Positions 1 to 14,328 are shown, counted from the stretch's first letter. The stretch is 64,000 nt of DNA from Entomortierella parvispora E1425 (GCA_020891255.1 BQFW01000012.1:2294001-2358000), one strand, 5' to 3'. The notes: generated by a model from the letters alone, not told the origin. Program-made: numbers and translations.

Positions 1-3000
1 CTTCTAAGGTGTAATGGACTGACTGCGCCGTGTCATGCCTATTCTGATGATGCTGAAGAAAGAAGAACCAGAAAAGAAAAAGAGAAAACGAGAACAAAAT
101 AAAAGTGTGGCAAAGGAAAAAAACAAAATTGGACTAAAATGTAACAAAATAAGACGCCAGGGCCGATGGACGGGGGAACGTCGATCGGGGAGGGGGGAGA
201 ATCATGGGATGTGAAGTTGCGGGCAGAGCGTCCATCTGAATGAACAACAAAACAAAACAAAAAAAAAATGCGAAAAAAAGGAAGACAGAGAGGACACAGT
301 GTCGACTGGCTGCATGCTGTGCGCACAAAGCTGCATATCCGAGGGAAGAAGATCTGGTCGATCTTCGGATCAAACATGACGCCTTGTCAGTCACCTTTTT
401 TGAATTCTAATTGCTTAGATTGGATTGGGTTGAGGTGAAGAAGGGGGGCGGAGGTGGAGTAGGATGAACTGGGGAAGAATGATGTGGCGATGTTGCTTCA
501 AAGCGTTTGTTTAAAAAATCAAGTCGTGACTCAGGGGAATGGGGTGGAGGACAAGTGTCAAGAACAAAAGGTCGATGTGCTGGGGCAAAGGCGAGGGGTA
601 ACACGGCGGGACAATTGAAAATCATAAACAAAAAAGAAATTGAAGGTCTTCAACTGAAAAGGCGTGTGTGCGTAAGATGAGAAGATGGAGATGGAGACGC
701 CTTCCTTTCTGCACTCGCTCACATTCTAGCCAGGAGCAAAGGGAGGGGAAGAAGGGGAACAGACAGAGAGCAAAGTGGGGATCATCATCATTGGCGGGTG
801 ATTATGTATGCACTGAGGCGGGATAGGATCGTGAATGCAAAGGCAAGATCAAGCCTGGAAGGAGAGGGGGGAGGGGAGACGACAGAGGTGGTGGGGGGAT
901 GGGGAGAGTATGGACATGGAGCTACATGTTGGCGACTCGGGGGTTGCATGTGCTTTCATTTTCTTTACCTTGTTGATTGTTTGGGATGGCTTTGTTTTGT
1001 CCTGGGTCGTTCTTGCCTTGAAAGGGGAAGAAATATACTCTAGAATATGAGGCTAACGGTCAGGTAAGGTCAGGGATTTGAGTGTAAGCAAAGGGGTTTG
1101 GTTTTGATGCACGTTGGCGGATCAGAGCCGTTACAATGGAATGTAATGCATGGGTAGTCAACAAATAAAGAAAGCAAGTGAGAGAGAGAGAGAGAGAAGG
1201 AGACAGAGAATGGGAAACAAAGAGGAAAATGTCCGAGGAACGACGATTACAATGAGGACCAGGGGTAAGGAACGAGCAAACGTGTCCGAATCAGGGGGGG
1301 AGGAAGAGATAGCCAAATCTTTGCCGCGCGTGCAGGACTGAAGCAAAGGTTGTGATGGGGAGGAGGAAAGGAAGGATTGGAAGGGAAAAGGAGCGGCGTA
1401 GGATGAAATTGACGATGTGATGCAGGAAAAGAAGGAGAATAAAAAGGGAAAGGACGCTCTATGGGGGAAGGAGAAAAGGAATGAGAGAATGGGGGAATGA
1501 ATGGAGTGAAGGAATGGGCGTCAAAGACAATGTGTGAGTTCGGAAGAGGTCCGTTCGGACGCACTGAACGAAACGGTCTGCCGGTGGCCCAGAGGGCGGC
1601 CGGGCTGCCCGTCTGCCCGTCTGTGAAAACGTTCCTTTCGGCTTTGCAGATTTGGTTCTCGTCCCAAGGAATCGACCGACCCCCAGGGGGGAACTCTCTG
1701 CTGCTGGCTGGCTGGGCTGGGCTGGCTGGTCTGGTGGGAAGGAAAAGTGAATCATCGAATCGCATCGATATGAATTATGAATCACAAAAGGAAAGCGAAA
1801 AACTAGAGACCGACCAGGGCGACTCAATTGAATCGAATCGCGCCTATTGAAAACCGAAAGGAAGGACCTCTAGAACAAACAACTCGTCACGCAAATCGGG
1901 TACAGTGCAGATGAAAGGGGAAGAACCAACAGGAGGGAAAGAGTGCTAGAAAGGTAAGGACTTGAGAGAAACCAGACCGTCGGGTTGGGTTTTTCATCCC
2001 TTTTTTTTTTAGACACACCTGTTCGTTTTCTCGTTCCTTCCTTCTTGCATGCAAACATTTTCTCTTTTTGTAGACCCATCTGTTTGCTCGACCTGCATTC
2101 CTGGCACTACTTTCCTCCTTCCTTCCACTGCCTCTTCATTCTCAAGCGCCAGTCTTCCCATAATCCCTCTAATAGCTTTCACCCTCAAGTATTCGGATGA
2201 AGGGCAAGAGACAGGGGCAAGAGACAGGGGGCAAAAGGCAAAAGGCAAAAAAAAAAAAAAAAAAAAAAAGAATTATGAAGGAAGAACAACGAACAGAATG
2301 AATGAACGAACGAACGACCAAACAGTACAGAAACAACAACCAAAAAGGATCGGACACCATTGACACAAACAAACAAACAAACAGACAGACAAACAAAAAG
2401 TAAGCGAGCAAGAAAGACGCACCCTCCTCCACGCACGCAACACGCGCAGTGTGGTCACGAAGGAATAGAGGATATCATTGTTGCGAGAACGCGAACGATT
2501 TCTGAAAGAGGGGGAAGGACAATTGAATGGCCTCCAAGGGGGATTGAATGGACCGTTGAGCCATTGAATGCATTTAAAAAAGAGTTTTTTGACAGCAAGG
2601 TGGTGTAACACACCTTCGTGTTGGTGGATGTGGCTGATTGAATTGAATCGTACCAGCAATGAATAAAACACAGGAAAAGAACAAGTAGGTCAAACGAAAA
2701 ACGAGCAAAGGGCACAGCGCGCTGCTTGCACACAAAATATCATATTCCCCCCAAATGAGAATAAGGGACAAGGCACAGAACATGGGTATGCAGCCTGCGG
2801 GAAAGGCTAGTTTTGAATTGGGGGTGTCAACAAACGCAGTGGTTGCTCCCCAGTGGGGGGACGTGCAAAAGCGTCCATAGTTCAGCTGTTGCGTTTCGGG
2901 TAAAGAACAGAAAATAAAAAGAAAAAAAAGGACGTGTTGCGATGTTGCGTGCACTTGCCGATCACTGGTGAAAATCAAGCAAGGGCGGAAAGAAGGTCGA

Positions 3001-6000
3001 TGGTTTGCATGACTCACCTGTCAGGACAAATAATTCCAGATGGGGAAAGGGCGAGAGCAATGAAAGAGCAGAACCCGAGAGGTAGGCAGCGGTGGTGGAC
3101 TGATCGATATGGTGGGGGTGATAGAGGGCGAGTGACAAGAAGGCTGGGCGAAAGTGAAGGAGAGAGAACAACGATGACAAAGTCCGGAGCAATGTGTGTG
3201 TGAAGGCGAGGAAGAAAGGGAAGGTGGCGACTGATCAAAATAGAGGGGGGTAGGAGTGGATAAGGAAGTGAGAGAGCAAGGATGGAAAAGAAAAGAAATG
3301 GAAAGGAAAGGAAAGGAAGGATGGATGGTGGACTTTGGACTAGGTTGAACAAGGTGGAGGGGGGAAGCAGAGAAGAAGAGGACAATAAGAGTAATGCATC
3401 CACCATTTTAGGGGTGGTCCGCCGGGGATCGAGCGTCCCTTTATATGTTTTTCTCCTCGAGGCGCTTTCCCAAGAGGACCATCGGGCAAGATGCGCGCAG
3501 CCAGTAAGGAGCCACGGCACGCACACACAATACACACAATAGAAAACACACGTATCCATGGCAAGGACAATGACAAGAGACGGGTGCACCCGCCAATCGT
3601 TCATTAATGTCCATCGTTGATTGCATACGAGAGCACGGCGAGTACTGAATCCTTCAGCACGTCTTTGCCTCCTCCGTCGCTCCGAAACAGTCGATTCAGT
3701 CGAGCCCATCAAGCAAGTTGGCCCTGTCATCCGGGTGTGCCCCCAATACAGTACTTCCTTTTGAGATCTTCAAAGTCAACGACCTTGTTTTTTTTCTCAC
3801 CCCTCCCTGCCTTTCCCCCGCTTTGCTGCCACGCCTTGCTCTTGGCTCTCGGGTGCGGATCAGCGTGTTTTCGGTCATCGTTTCCTTTTAAACTCTCTTG
3901 CCGATGGCCACCGCTAAACCTTTAACAGGCAAGCAAACACACCCCAAGGCAATGGCTAACTGACTAACCCAGACCGTTTAGATTTGAGTTGACCCCAGTT
4001 GTCCTCATTTCTCTTCTTCTCCGTTCAAAGCTCCTCCACTCCCTGATGTTGCCACGATGGGCATCGTAACATGAGGACATTGACCGCTTGGGGTATGGTG
4101 CGTGTTGTGTATCGTGGGTGTCGGTGGAGAGCGAGTGTGGAGCTGTAATTGCACGCCGCAGTTGCCTGCCAGCAGGTGATGTGTGCCCATCTCTCTCCGT
4201 CAGCTTATGACACACGTTGCGTAGGTCGAAAAACAAAAAAAAACATAAAAACAGATGCTCTCCTTCCTTCCCCCCGGGGTCCTGGACAATCTTTCTGCCT
4301 TTACAGATCGAAACCACCCTGTCCTCTGCTGCACAGCCAAGGACCTTTCTGTCTTCTGGGGAGCCTCATTCTCCCTTCCATTCTACCTCCTTCCTCCATC
4401 TCCACTCAATTCACTCGTGGTTGGTGCGAAAAAAAATAAGCGGCAACAGGATCAACAACGCTGGGATGCTCTTTCTCTTTTCTTTCTTTTTTTTTTTTTT
4501 GGTTCGTTTGGTGTTGATGGGTTGGTTGAACCACTGCCAACAGCGGCATTCTTTGTGTAAGAACCAAAGAAACAAACAACAACTCAAGGACATGGTTTAA
4601 GTTTTCCTATGGGGCTGGAGTGTGGCGGACAACAGAATGGAGAAAAAGAGATGACAGAGAGCCAAAAAAGAAAGAACATAACAGACCATTGGTGTGTCAA
4701 ACGAAAAACTCGAGCGACAATAACTTCCTGGCCATTGATGTTTGATGGTGTCTCCTCCAATGGACCCCCAAGTTAATTGCGTTGTTCATGAAGAGAAACC
4801 GAGGTTGAAGACTAAATCCAAACCCTGTCAGCTGCGAGCTGTTGAGGGGCTTTGCGTTGAGTAAAGTTGGGAAAGAGGAATTTGAGGTGGTGAAGGTGGT
4901 GTTGGGTGATCAGCAGGCAGGATTGTGTATCGGTCATCATTCTTCCTCGAGTCCGTTCGTTTGGTGCGCGAACTGGCCCTCACTAATGAATCACAATATG
5001 ATTCTATTTCGTCGTTCTTTTTTTTTTTTTGTATTGTGTCCAAATGTGGGTAAAACGACACCCTCTCTGTACCGCGTTCCTGGAACGAGTCTCCTTCCCT
5101 CCATGTCGCACAGCCTTTAAATAATAGAAATGTATTCAATTGAATCCTTTCCCGCTCTTGCTTCAGTGGAGGGTGTGATGGAAAAGGACCTTGAAACGAA
5201 AACATCCAGACAACAACAGCGATAACAACGAAATGATGTGAAAGGAAAAGATGCAAAGGGTTTGGGAAGAGGAGAGGGGGGAAGGGTCAGGTACCGAAAA
5301 AAGATAGCTGCGAGGAATGGGGGTTTGCCAAAACATGGCGCTCTCCCCTGCCTGCAAGTTAAAAGACGATCTGTCTGGGCGGCGAAGGAAAGGAGAGCGC
5401 CGCTTCCTGTTTACTCCCTCTTTGGTCCAAGGACCAGCAGCATTTGATCGGGGCTTTGTAACTGGTGTCACCTTGTTCTTTGTCCTGTTGACGAAGCATA
5501 CCTCAATAGTGCTTTAGAGTGGAGAAGGTATCTCTGAAGGCGTATCTTTGCTTACTGATGGACTGCATTTTTGTTTGTTGGCCTGTTTCTTCTTTATCAT
5601 GCAGCAATTGCTTCTTGTCCCATGCAGCTGTTTTTGTCGATCAACAGGGGCCTCTCTTTTTTTCTTCGACCCAGATGCACAAGGAAGGCAAATTGACTTT
5701 GCAACACACACCAAACATCCTCTTCAAAAATACCCGGCCCTTGTGTTTTTTCTCTTCTGCAGGGGATAGGATCAACAAGGTCCCAAAGAAGGGAGCTAAC
5801 CTGCTTGTTTTGTTTGCTTACGCTCGCGCCTCAAGTCCACTCATTTCTCAGCGGGATGTCTTAGTTACCATAAAGGCAGCTCTTCGGCTGTGGTAAGTCG
5901 AGAGTTTGGCTGAACCCCGTAGAACCAGTACCGCCATAGCTATGTACGTCCAAGGGGTAAAAGCCAAAAGAGCTACAGATGTAAAAAAAAAAACAGTATG

Positions 6001-9000
6001 ACTCCTGTTTCTCAGGAAAATGTCGATTGCGTTTCTGTTGTTCATTTCTTCCTTCACTCAGTCCAGTCAATCGGGGTCAATCCATGACCTGAGAGGTGCT
6101 TGACCTCTGAAATGACGATTTTTTTTTTACTCCTGATTCTTCTCGGTACATGCCGGGACAAAGGGGCCAAAACACACACCTTCTGGGCTAGCATCTGAGA
6201 AGGGAAAGTCGAGCCCGACTTCTATCCCTGCCCATTGAGCAACCAACTCTATACTGCTGCAGTTGCTGAATGCAAGATTGCAATACAAAAAAAAAAAAGA
6301 AAGAAAAAGGATCAGGAGAACAATGACCTCGCGTTTTTTTTCCTGGACGCACTGCTTTGCATGTACGTTCGCAGAAAGAAAAAAGATTAAACCACACAGT
6401 AGGTTTAGGGGTTGAGCAAGGTCAACCGCCTTGAGGCCAGACCACTTCACGTCCTGAGCATTTCAGCAAACACAAAATTGACAAAAAAAAGGGACAGGTG
6501 GAGGACTGAACTAACGACAAAGTGGCCAAGAGGCCGAACTCCCATCTATCCCCTCCTCCTCCCGCTCGTTGCTTACAACGTTGCTCTGTCCAAAGAAAAC
6601 TCCGAGACCAAGAGAGGGTAATCCAGATACGAGGTTGTGAAGTTTTTTATTCTGTAGACCATTTGTGTTCATCCATGGTGCTGTGGCATCACCCCCCTCC
6701 TCAACGTCTGTGCACACCTCCCTTTCCCCCGAACCCACACGCACATTGCAAAAACACAGATCCTCCCTCGCGGTACACACACAACGACGACGAAAACAAC
6801 AACAAACAACAATGATGCATCTATTCGGCATGAACGCCCACATCTCAATCGTACCGATCCAGGCGAGGGGAAGGGGGTGCAGAGGTGCAGAGGTGCAGAA
6901 GTGCAGCAGACAGTCCAATTCCAAAAGAAGAGCAAACACGGGTTGTGATTCACTCTCATTCTGGAGTGTTTCTCCCTGACGTTTGAGGACGTGTGTTCCT
7001 GTCTAGTTACAAAGGCAGTCGAGCGCTAGGCAATTGGGGGAGGGTCAATGGCGAAGGTCTTGTGAAGATGAGCAATCCGGTTTCCAGTGATTAAGGAATG
7101 AATATGTACATTTACATACAGTGCATCCAGTCCATCGATCCAGGTCATCCCCCCCTCCCTTTTGCATGACAGGCATGTCGCGATTGACCTTGTTGACGAT
7201 CGGGAGGAGCGAAGAGTGGTGGAGCGAAACAAGGGGAACGGCATCTGTGATTGGTTGGAAGTGTTGCATGAGCTTGTTGAGCGTGAGAATTAAAGATCGG
7301 ATCCACAAAAAGAACAGGGAGATCTATAGAAAGAAGGAGATGAGTAACAAAAGAGGGATAGACAGAGAGCGATGGGTGGATGGTCCAGGAGGGGATGGAC
7401 AGATGATGGACCTCTAGCTGCAGAGGTGCAGGGACCGGGCCTATTCTTTCATTCTTTCTCGACGCCAATCGTCCATTGGACCGAATAAACGCACCCCCGA
7501 TTCCCTTTTTTTTTTTTTTCAACGTGCGACACTTTGTCATTTCACCATTCTGCCTCTCTTCCAATTTTTTCCGCTCAGATAGAGTGATGAAAAGGGCCAT
7601 TGGGCGCAACAGCTAGAAGAAAACACGGCCAGCACAGGAATACACCATTTCGGCGACCTTACTTCTGTACTTCTGTACTTCTCTGTACCCCTCGCATCAC
7701 AAATCGGCACTGCAGACCTAATTCGGGACTTTCCCCCGCAAAGACAAAAAAAAAAAAGTTGCCAGCGACTGTCACCAAAGCCTCGACCAAACGCCCTTTG
7801 GGCGAAAGTCACTGACGCAAAGAAAAGAGTCATGGTTAGAGTTGGCCAATTGGTGTGGGCGATGCCGCCCACCACCCCTCTTTCTCTCCGCTTTGCTGCT
7901 TTGCTGCTGCTGTGGATGCCAGCACGGAGAAAGAACATACAGGGTTCACCAGCTGAGTTGACGACTGCGATTTTTTTTTTTCTAGCTTGAATTTTTTCGA
8001 AGGTCAGCCCATCCTTTGAGGGAACATCCAATAGTCCCGTCAGCAAGTCAGCGCGCAGGAAAAAGAAAGAACAGTCTTCTCGTTGAGACAACGTGGCGGA
8101 GGGATCGGCGACAGGAAAAAAAAGATTTTTTTTATTAATTTCAGAGACCGTTGAGAAACAATGTCAAAGAAAGAGGATGTTCCACCTTGCCCCTTTTGTC
8201 AGGCACATTTACCGGGAATCCCAGACCGGGTTGACATCCTTCTCTCTACAAGCGCCTTCCTTTTTTCTCTAGCAGGATCGATCACGAATATTAAATCAGT
8301 TAGGAACAAACCGATCGAAGGTCGATGTCGTCAGCAGCGCCTAATGGGAGAGGGCATGTAGTGTTTCTGACAAAGAGGAGTGACTATCTACTTGTACCCA
8401 GTCCCTCTTTTTTTGGTTTTTTTTTGCTCTAGGTTGTCGAGTTATTCCCGCCCTTCCTTGTGATTTCATAACGCGCGTGTAAGACCTTCTTGCCCTCTCC
8501 CAACTTTCTCCTCCCTCTCTTGCGTAGGTAATTTCTGGTTTATCCTCTCTCGCTCTCCTATCTTCTGATTGCTTTTGACGGAGAGATAAAGCGTTTACAA
8601 AGATAGCCCAGCAATCTTGGAAGTCGGAGGAGAGATAGCAGGAATAACAGGGTGGACCGTTTACAATCGATAAGAAGGCCAATGTGCCACCAAAATAAAA
8701 TAAAGAAGATCGACCAAAAAAAAAAAAAAAATGGGGGAACAGATCCCCCACACCCACGCACACAACAAACAAGAGGAGGGAGCAGGGCCAAGCGGACCTG
8801 GATTCTTTTCCGTGGTCGATTACATACTTTATCCCGAGAGAACTTCTGCATTTGGACTAGTGCGTACCTTCATTTTGTAATGCATCAGAAAGTAACAGAG
8901 GAGACAGAGAGCCAGAGCAAGAGAAGGAGAGAAGGAGGGTGTGATGGATAGAGAGCTAAGCAATTACAGTACAGAATTAAAAAGGGCTCTCGCCTCGTTT

Positions 9001-10832
9001 ATTGGATGCACCTTCTTCTCTTTGACTTCAGTCATACTTTTCTCTCTGGAGTAAAGCAAAAAACACAGAGATATATGAAAACCAGCAACAGAACCGAGGA
9101 ATAGATAATAGTGAGAAAGCGTGAACCGACAATTGGGGTCGTCGCGTCTGGGTCCCAAGATCTTGGAACAAAGGCGTTTCTTGGCCGATTTCTCTTTTGA
9201 CTATCACAGAAGCCGAATACGAGACAAAGAAGAAAAAAACCAGACCTTCAGATGCTGGTAGAAAAAAAATCAATGGCCCTCTCCTTGACCTGTGAGGACT
9301 GAAGGGGAATGGGCAATTGATGGGGATCAAGGAACAGAGACAGGATACCCCATTTCTTTGCCATGTTCCGTTAGTCCCTGCTCCTTCTCTGACATGGATA
9401 AACTCCTTGCTGTGGTCGGTGAGGGGTTTGCAGTAACTCAGGATCAGGGACTGATTGGGCGGAACAGAACCAATGTGATATCCCCGACTCTCCAACATAG
9501 TTCCAATTCCCGTTCTCCCCCTTATTTCACTTCAAGGATGAGATGATGAAGACTGCAGGAGCAGTGAGGACCTCCTGTCTTTCACAAGGTCTTTCTCGGT
9601 AGCTCTTTTTTCGGATGTGAGAAACCTGTTATTTGTTTAGGCGACAAAGGATAGATGGACGAGTCGCAATTGCTCCAGTGGCCAGTAACAGACCGGTGTC
9701 TCGTCTTTGTTTTCCCTGTCTGCCCCCTTTTCCCTTCTCCTCTCCGTTTGCTCTTCAACCCGCCCGCTTGTCTGTTTACCCCACTCTGTCTGTCTCTTAA
9801 AACATGGTTACTGTCTGTTGTGGGTCAGGAGGCGAGGAGGCAACAGTCAGCCACACCCTCTAGTAAACTTCCTTTGCCCGATTCGAGGCCACATCTCTGA
9901 GAGGACCAAAGAGAGACAGAGAAGGTTTGAAGGAGAAAAAAATAGGGTCGCCGATCTTTTTTTTTTGTCTTTTTTTCGACTCCACTTGTTTATTATTGTG
10001 TTCTCTCATCCCTATTTCAATTGATACACTAATGCATCTCTGGAAACTGCATTAATGGCTGTTGTTCCTTTACCTTCTTTACGAGAGCAACGCCCATCCA
10101 TTGTTGAAATCTCGAGCCCTCCCTCCCTTTCAATCGCGCGCGCCGAGGCATCGATCGGAATCGATTCGTGAGACTCGGTTTTTATTTGTGTTGTTGAAGA
10201 CAAAAATTGTCAGAAAATCAAGTGGAAAGACGTTTTCCTTGCGGAATAAATAGGCGACGAGGAGAGGGCTGCATCAGGCCCGGGTCCTCTATCATGTGTC
10301 GCCTTCTTCTTTCCTCCTCCCATGTATCATTGTCCCTTGAACTCAAAAACGTTTCCTTCTCCCGAGTGAACTGAAAACACTGCTCTGGGCCACACCAAGG
10401 CGTGTCCCTCCCACCACCTATCCCTTCACTTTGATGCCTTCGTTCTCATTTTTTATTTCCCTCAAAGGAAAGGGGATGGGTATGACAACAGAAAAGGAAT
10501 GAAGACAGAGAATGAACCAAAAAAAATAAAAGTTCGAACGTCAAACGGGGAACTCCAACAACGAGACACAAGGGATGCAAGGTCGCCCTGAACTGAAAAA
10601 AAAGGACTGGACATCAACAATGGGAGAGAGGCTGGAAAGACCTCGTTTCAATCTTGGACGTATGGTCGATAGTGAGGACAAAAGGGGGGCAGGCAGGTTT
10701 CTTCCTGAGCCTGTGATCACTGGGTTTGCATGATCAGATCGCCGCGGAGTAAATTGAATGAAGAATACCAGCTTTTTGGTATTGTAAAAGGCGACTCCTC
10801 GTCCCGATACAATTGTTTATTTTGTCCGTTAC

Positions 10833-10884
10833 TCAGTCAGTGAGTCAGTCAGTCAGTTAGTTAATTAGCCAGTCAGTCAATCAG
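10833..10884. repeat. Degenerate (CAGT)n tetranucleotide repeat
   Basis: Read directly; it includes a TGAGTCA at 10841. Confidence 0.85.
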
Positions 10885-11372
10885 CCCGTCCATCACTTGT
10901 CAGATCTACATGCACCAAAATGTAACCTTCGACCCCCTATCAGAGCCTTCAAAGGGGAGTTGAGAGAGCATGCATTACCCTTGACGGATGAAAAACGACG
11001 AAAAAAGAAAACAAAAAATCAAGCGCTCTCGTTCGACCCATCCCTCTTGCATCTTTGGAAGAGTTGCATACAGGCAACGGAAGGCGTTTGAAGGGCGCCT
11101 AGACCACCTTTGCTTACAATTGAAATGATTTGCAGAAGTAACTACCATCCTCTGATGTCAGGGCTCTTCCATTTCGCTCCATTCTCTTTTAACTTTGCCT
11201 TGCAGTCCATACAAGCATGGGCAGGGTGTGTGAGGGTGTGTGGGAGGGAGTAGGGGAAAGAAAGAAGAGGGAGCGAGAGAGAGAATGACAATCAACAATG
11301 AAATCACTGTTGGTTCAAGGTGACTCGCTGGAACAGACGCATCCTCCCCCCCCTGCAGTTTTGCTGCCTTAT

Positions 11373-11404
<32 letters not shown>

Positions 11405-12861
11405 TTCTGTGAGGGTGCTGATGACGGCCAACAACAGAATTCAAAAGGAGGCCGGTGAAGATCGTCGAGACAAGAGTGGCAACCATTCTTTGCAACTCCC
11501 TCGGTTGCATTGACATCCCTCTTCCTTCGGTCGCTGATTTTTTTTTTTTTTTTTTTTTGTTTGGTTTTGCCTTGTGTGCATGTTTTTTCTTTCTTTTTTT
11601 CTTGGGAACAGTTGGGTTTCTTTTCTTTGTCGCTTGTTTTTTTCCCCTTCTTCTTCAGTTGATCAAGGTGCCATGCACTTGAACACAACAGAGACCGCGG
11701 GTTTGACCTTCTTCCCGTTGCTGGGATATTTTTAATCGGTTAATTTTTTACAGTCAGTTGCACAGTACAGATCATCAGAAACCTCCAAGACCTCTCTTCA
11801 GCCCACCAAAGATCGACCAGATTCTCAATAATGAAAGGCGACCAGAACTTGGCCAAAAACAAGTCTGCCGATCTAGGGAAAAGGTGCGCCTGCCATGGAG
11901 AATCATAATCATTAGCTTCCTTTACCGGCTCTTCCTCATCATCACCCTTTCCTCTCACCCGTGTATTCTCTCAGACGCACACATCCCGAACTAACCATTC
12001 TTTTAAGCTAGCATGGAATGATCCCCCTCCCCCGACATCTGTATCGCTGATATTTTGGCAGGTTATTAGATGGTTTGACGGCTTAAACAAAAAAAAAAAA
12101 AAAAAAAAGGTCCTTCATCGGCCCATCCCTCCCTGCCATCTTTGGATCCTTTAATTCCGCCATATCCCCTTCAGTCTTGCAATCTATTCTCATCCTGGCA
12201 GCCTTATTTGTTGAAACCATAGCCCCTGCGGACCAAATGATTTCTTGGGTAGGGATAATCACGTCTCTTGTTTTCTCTTGTACCAATTGAGGCTGCTCTT
12301 CTATCCCAGAGATGGGCAATGGTATCGCATCCTGCCCACCCGTCCTTCCAATGATACGCTAGACCAGAATCGATTGCATCTTCCCCCCACAAAAAAAAAC
12401 TTATGGGTGCGTGTCACGTTATTTCGATCATTTCTCTCAGATCTTGGATTGACATATCATCGGCATGTTATTACGCCACCAGTCTGCATCGTACAGATGC
12501 AAGGCTCCTCCCAATTTACTGCCTCTTAACCTGCACTTGCCCCTGCTTTTTTTCTTTTGTCAAAAGCCGCAAATAAATACGAATCGAACATCATCCCTAC
12601 GACATTGAACAGTGGCACTAATTGCTCCCTTTTCCAACACGATTCAGTCTCATGTGATCTTAGGTTTTTTTTTATTCTTCCTGAACAAGGACCGCCAACA
12701 AGTAGGTCGAGGCGTGGGAGAGTGGGGGGGTGGGGGGGTGCAAACTGATGGGAGAGGGGGCGAGGGGAATATGGGAAGGGAGATCAACTCGCTTAAGGAA
12801 AAGAGGGGAGGAGAAGGGAAGGACGTGAAATAGACGTGTGGCTGTTGTTGTTGCTATCGAT

Positions 12862-14328
12862 CTAGAGAAGGAGACACTTTCCTTTCTTGTTCTTTCGCTC
12901 CCGTTCCTTGGCACTCTCCTTGCGATCCTGAATCTTTCTCATGAGAACGGTGTAAACTTCCTCGACATTATGGCGGGTCTTGGCAGAGGTCTCAATGTAA
13001 GGACAATCCCATTCTGCGGCCCTAGCTGCTGCCTCTTCCCTGTTCACTTTCCGAAGGTGTCCCAAATCCGCCTTATTGCCTACGAGGATGAATGGGATCT
13101 AGAGAGAAAAGATGGTCGTCAGAAGTTTGTCTTTAAAAGAGGAGGAAGCAGATGTTCACCTCGTCTCTTCTGCCCCAATACATCCTGTCCTGCCGGAAGC
13201 TGTCTTTTGACGATGAGGTAACGGGGTTGCGCGCAAGCCCCCATCCTGACATGCAAAAAGTCTTATTTTTTGGTGGCGACACAATGGGGGTATGTCCAAA
13301 CATCCATCCTATCCTTGCTGTCCAATTCATCCTGGTCCCGCTTCATCCTTTGCTTTGCTTTACCTTGTCGTCGCCTAGCACGCGTGCAATTTGATCCTTA
13401 AACTCCTGCGTGTGCACAAACGACTCGTATTCGCAAAGCGAGAATACGCACAGGAACCCCTCGCCTGATCGGTAGTAATTGTCTCGGATCTATTAGGAAA
13501 AAAAATGTTGTCCCAGGGTCAGGAACATGGGCCAATCTGATCATTCGTAGGAGCACAGGATATTTCGTAGGCAAAGACGGACATCCGTATCCCTTCCTTT
13601 TTTTACGCTTGGACCCAAGGATGTTTAAGAAAAACAAGTTTTGAATGTTTCCCTTCCTCATGCTCGGCTTTTCCTTCCTCTCTGCTTTTGTTCTTCATCA
13701 CTTTTGTTTCTCCACATCATTTTTTTTGGCGCCAAGGTATGTACAAAAACAGACGGAAGATTCTACACCTCTCTTTGAGAACACTTTGAGGTACCACAGT
13801 GGAAGCCACCAAAATCCTTTCATTTGCTGTGGACCCAAATATTGTATAACCGCACAATGTCTTCAATGTCTTTTTGCCAGAGAAGCTACACCGTTTTGTT
13901 CTCTTCCTTCTTCTGTTCACTGCGTCTGCGTCATTGTTAATGGAACAAAGCGAATAGCAAATAACAGCGAGAAGAAAGCAAGTACAGGTAGAGATTGGAG
14001 GACAGGGGCATATCTCTACAACAACAACAACAATAACAACAACAACACACACAAAAGCCTCGATGACAGAGAGACAGAGAGGACGAGAAAAGGCTAGAGA
14101 ACTTACGGCGGCATACTCCTCCTGACCAGCAGTATCCAGGATGTCGATTTGGCACTCGTGATTGTCGAGAGTGATCTTTTTGCGATAAGAGTCGGCTTTG
14201 GTGGGGTCATATTCCTCCACAAAGTCGCCGTACATGTACTGGAGAGTCAGGGCAGACTTGCCGACACCACCAGAGCCGACCATGATGACCTTGTGCAATG
14301 GCAGGTCCTGCTTTGCTTTCTTGCCCAT
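12862..14328 (-). CDS. RAL: Ral-family small GTPase, 194 aa, 3 exons (14328-14107, 13489-13364, 13098-12862)
   Basis: The spliced protein has [15 protein letters not shown], the Ral-type effector loop YDPTKADSY (Ras has PTIEDSY), DTAGQEEY|[25 protein letters not shown] and a C-terminal CAAX box CLLL. Both introns are GT-AG and keep the frame. Confidence 0.93.

Noticed and set aside
1-43. Possible minus-strand exon running off the left edge (HDTAQSVHYTLE after an AATAG)
   Set aside because: Too short to support without flanking sequence.
4828-4940. Minus-strand ATGATGA...CTGA...CTGA as a second C/D snoRNA
   Set aside because: No C' box, and at most an 8-nt rRNA match at the wrong distance from box D. 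The boxes are plausible by chance.
12083-12392. Protein-like minus-strand frames downstream of Ral, suggesting a transposon relic
   Set aside because: No ATG, no recognisable transposase or RT motif, and no terminal repeats.
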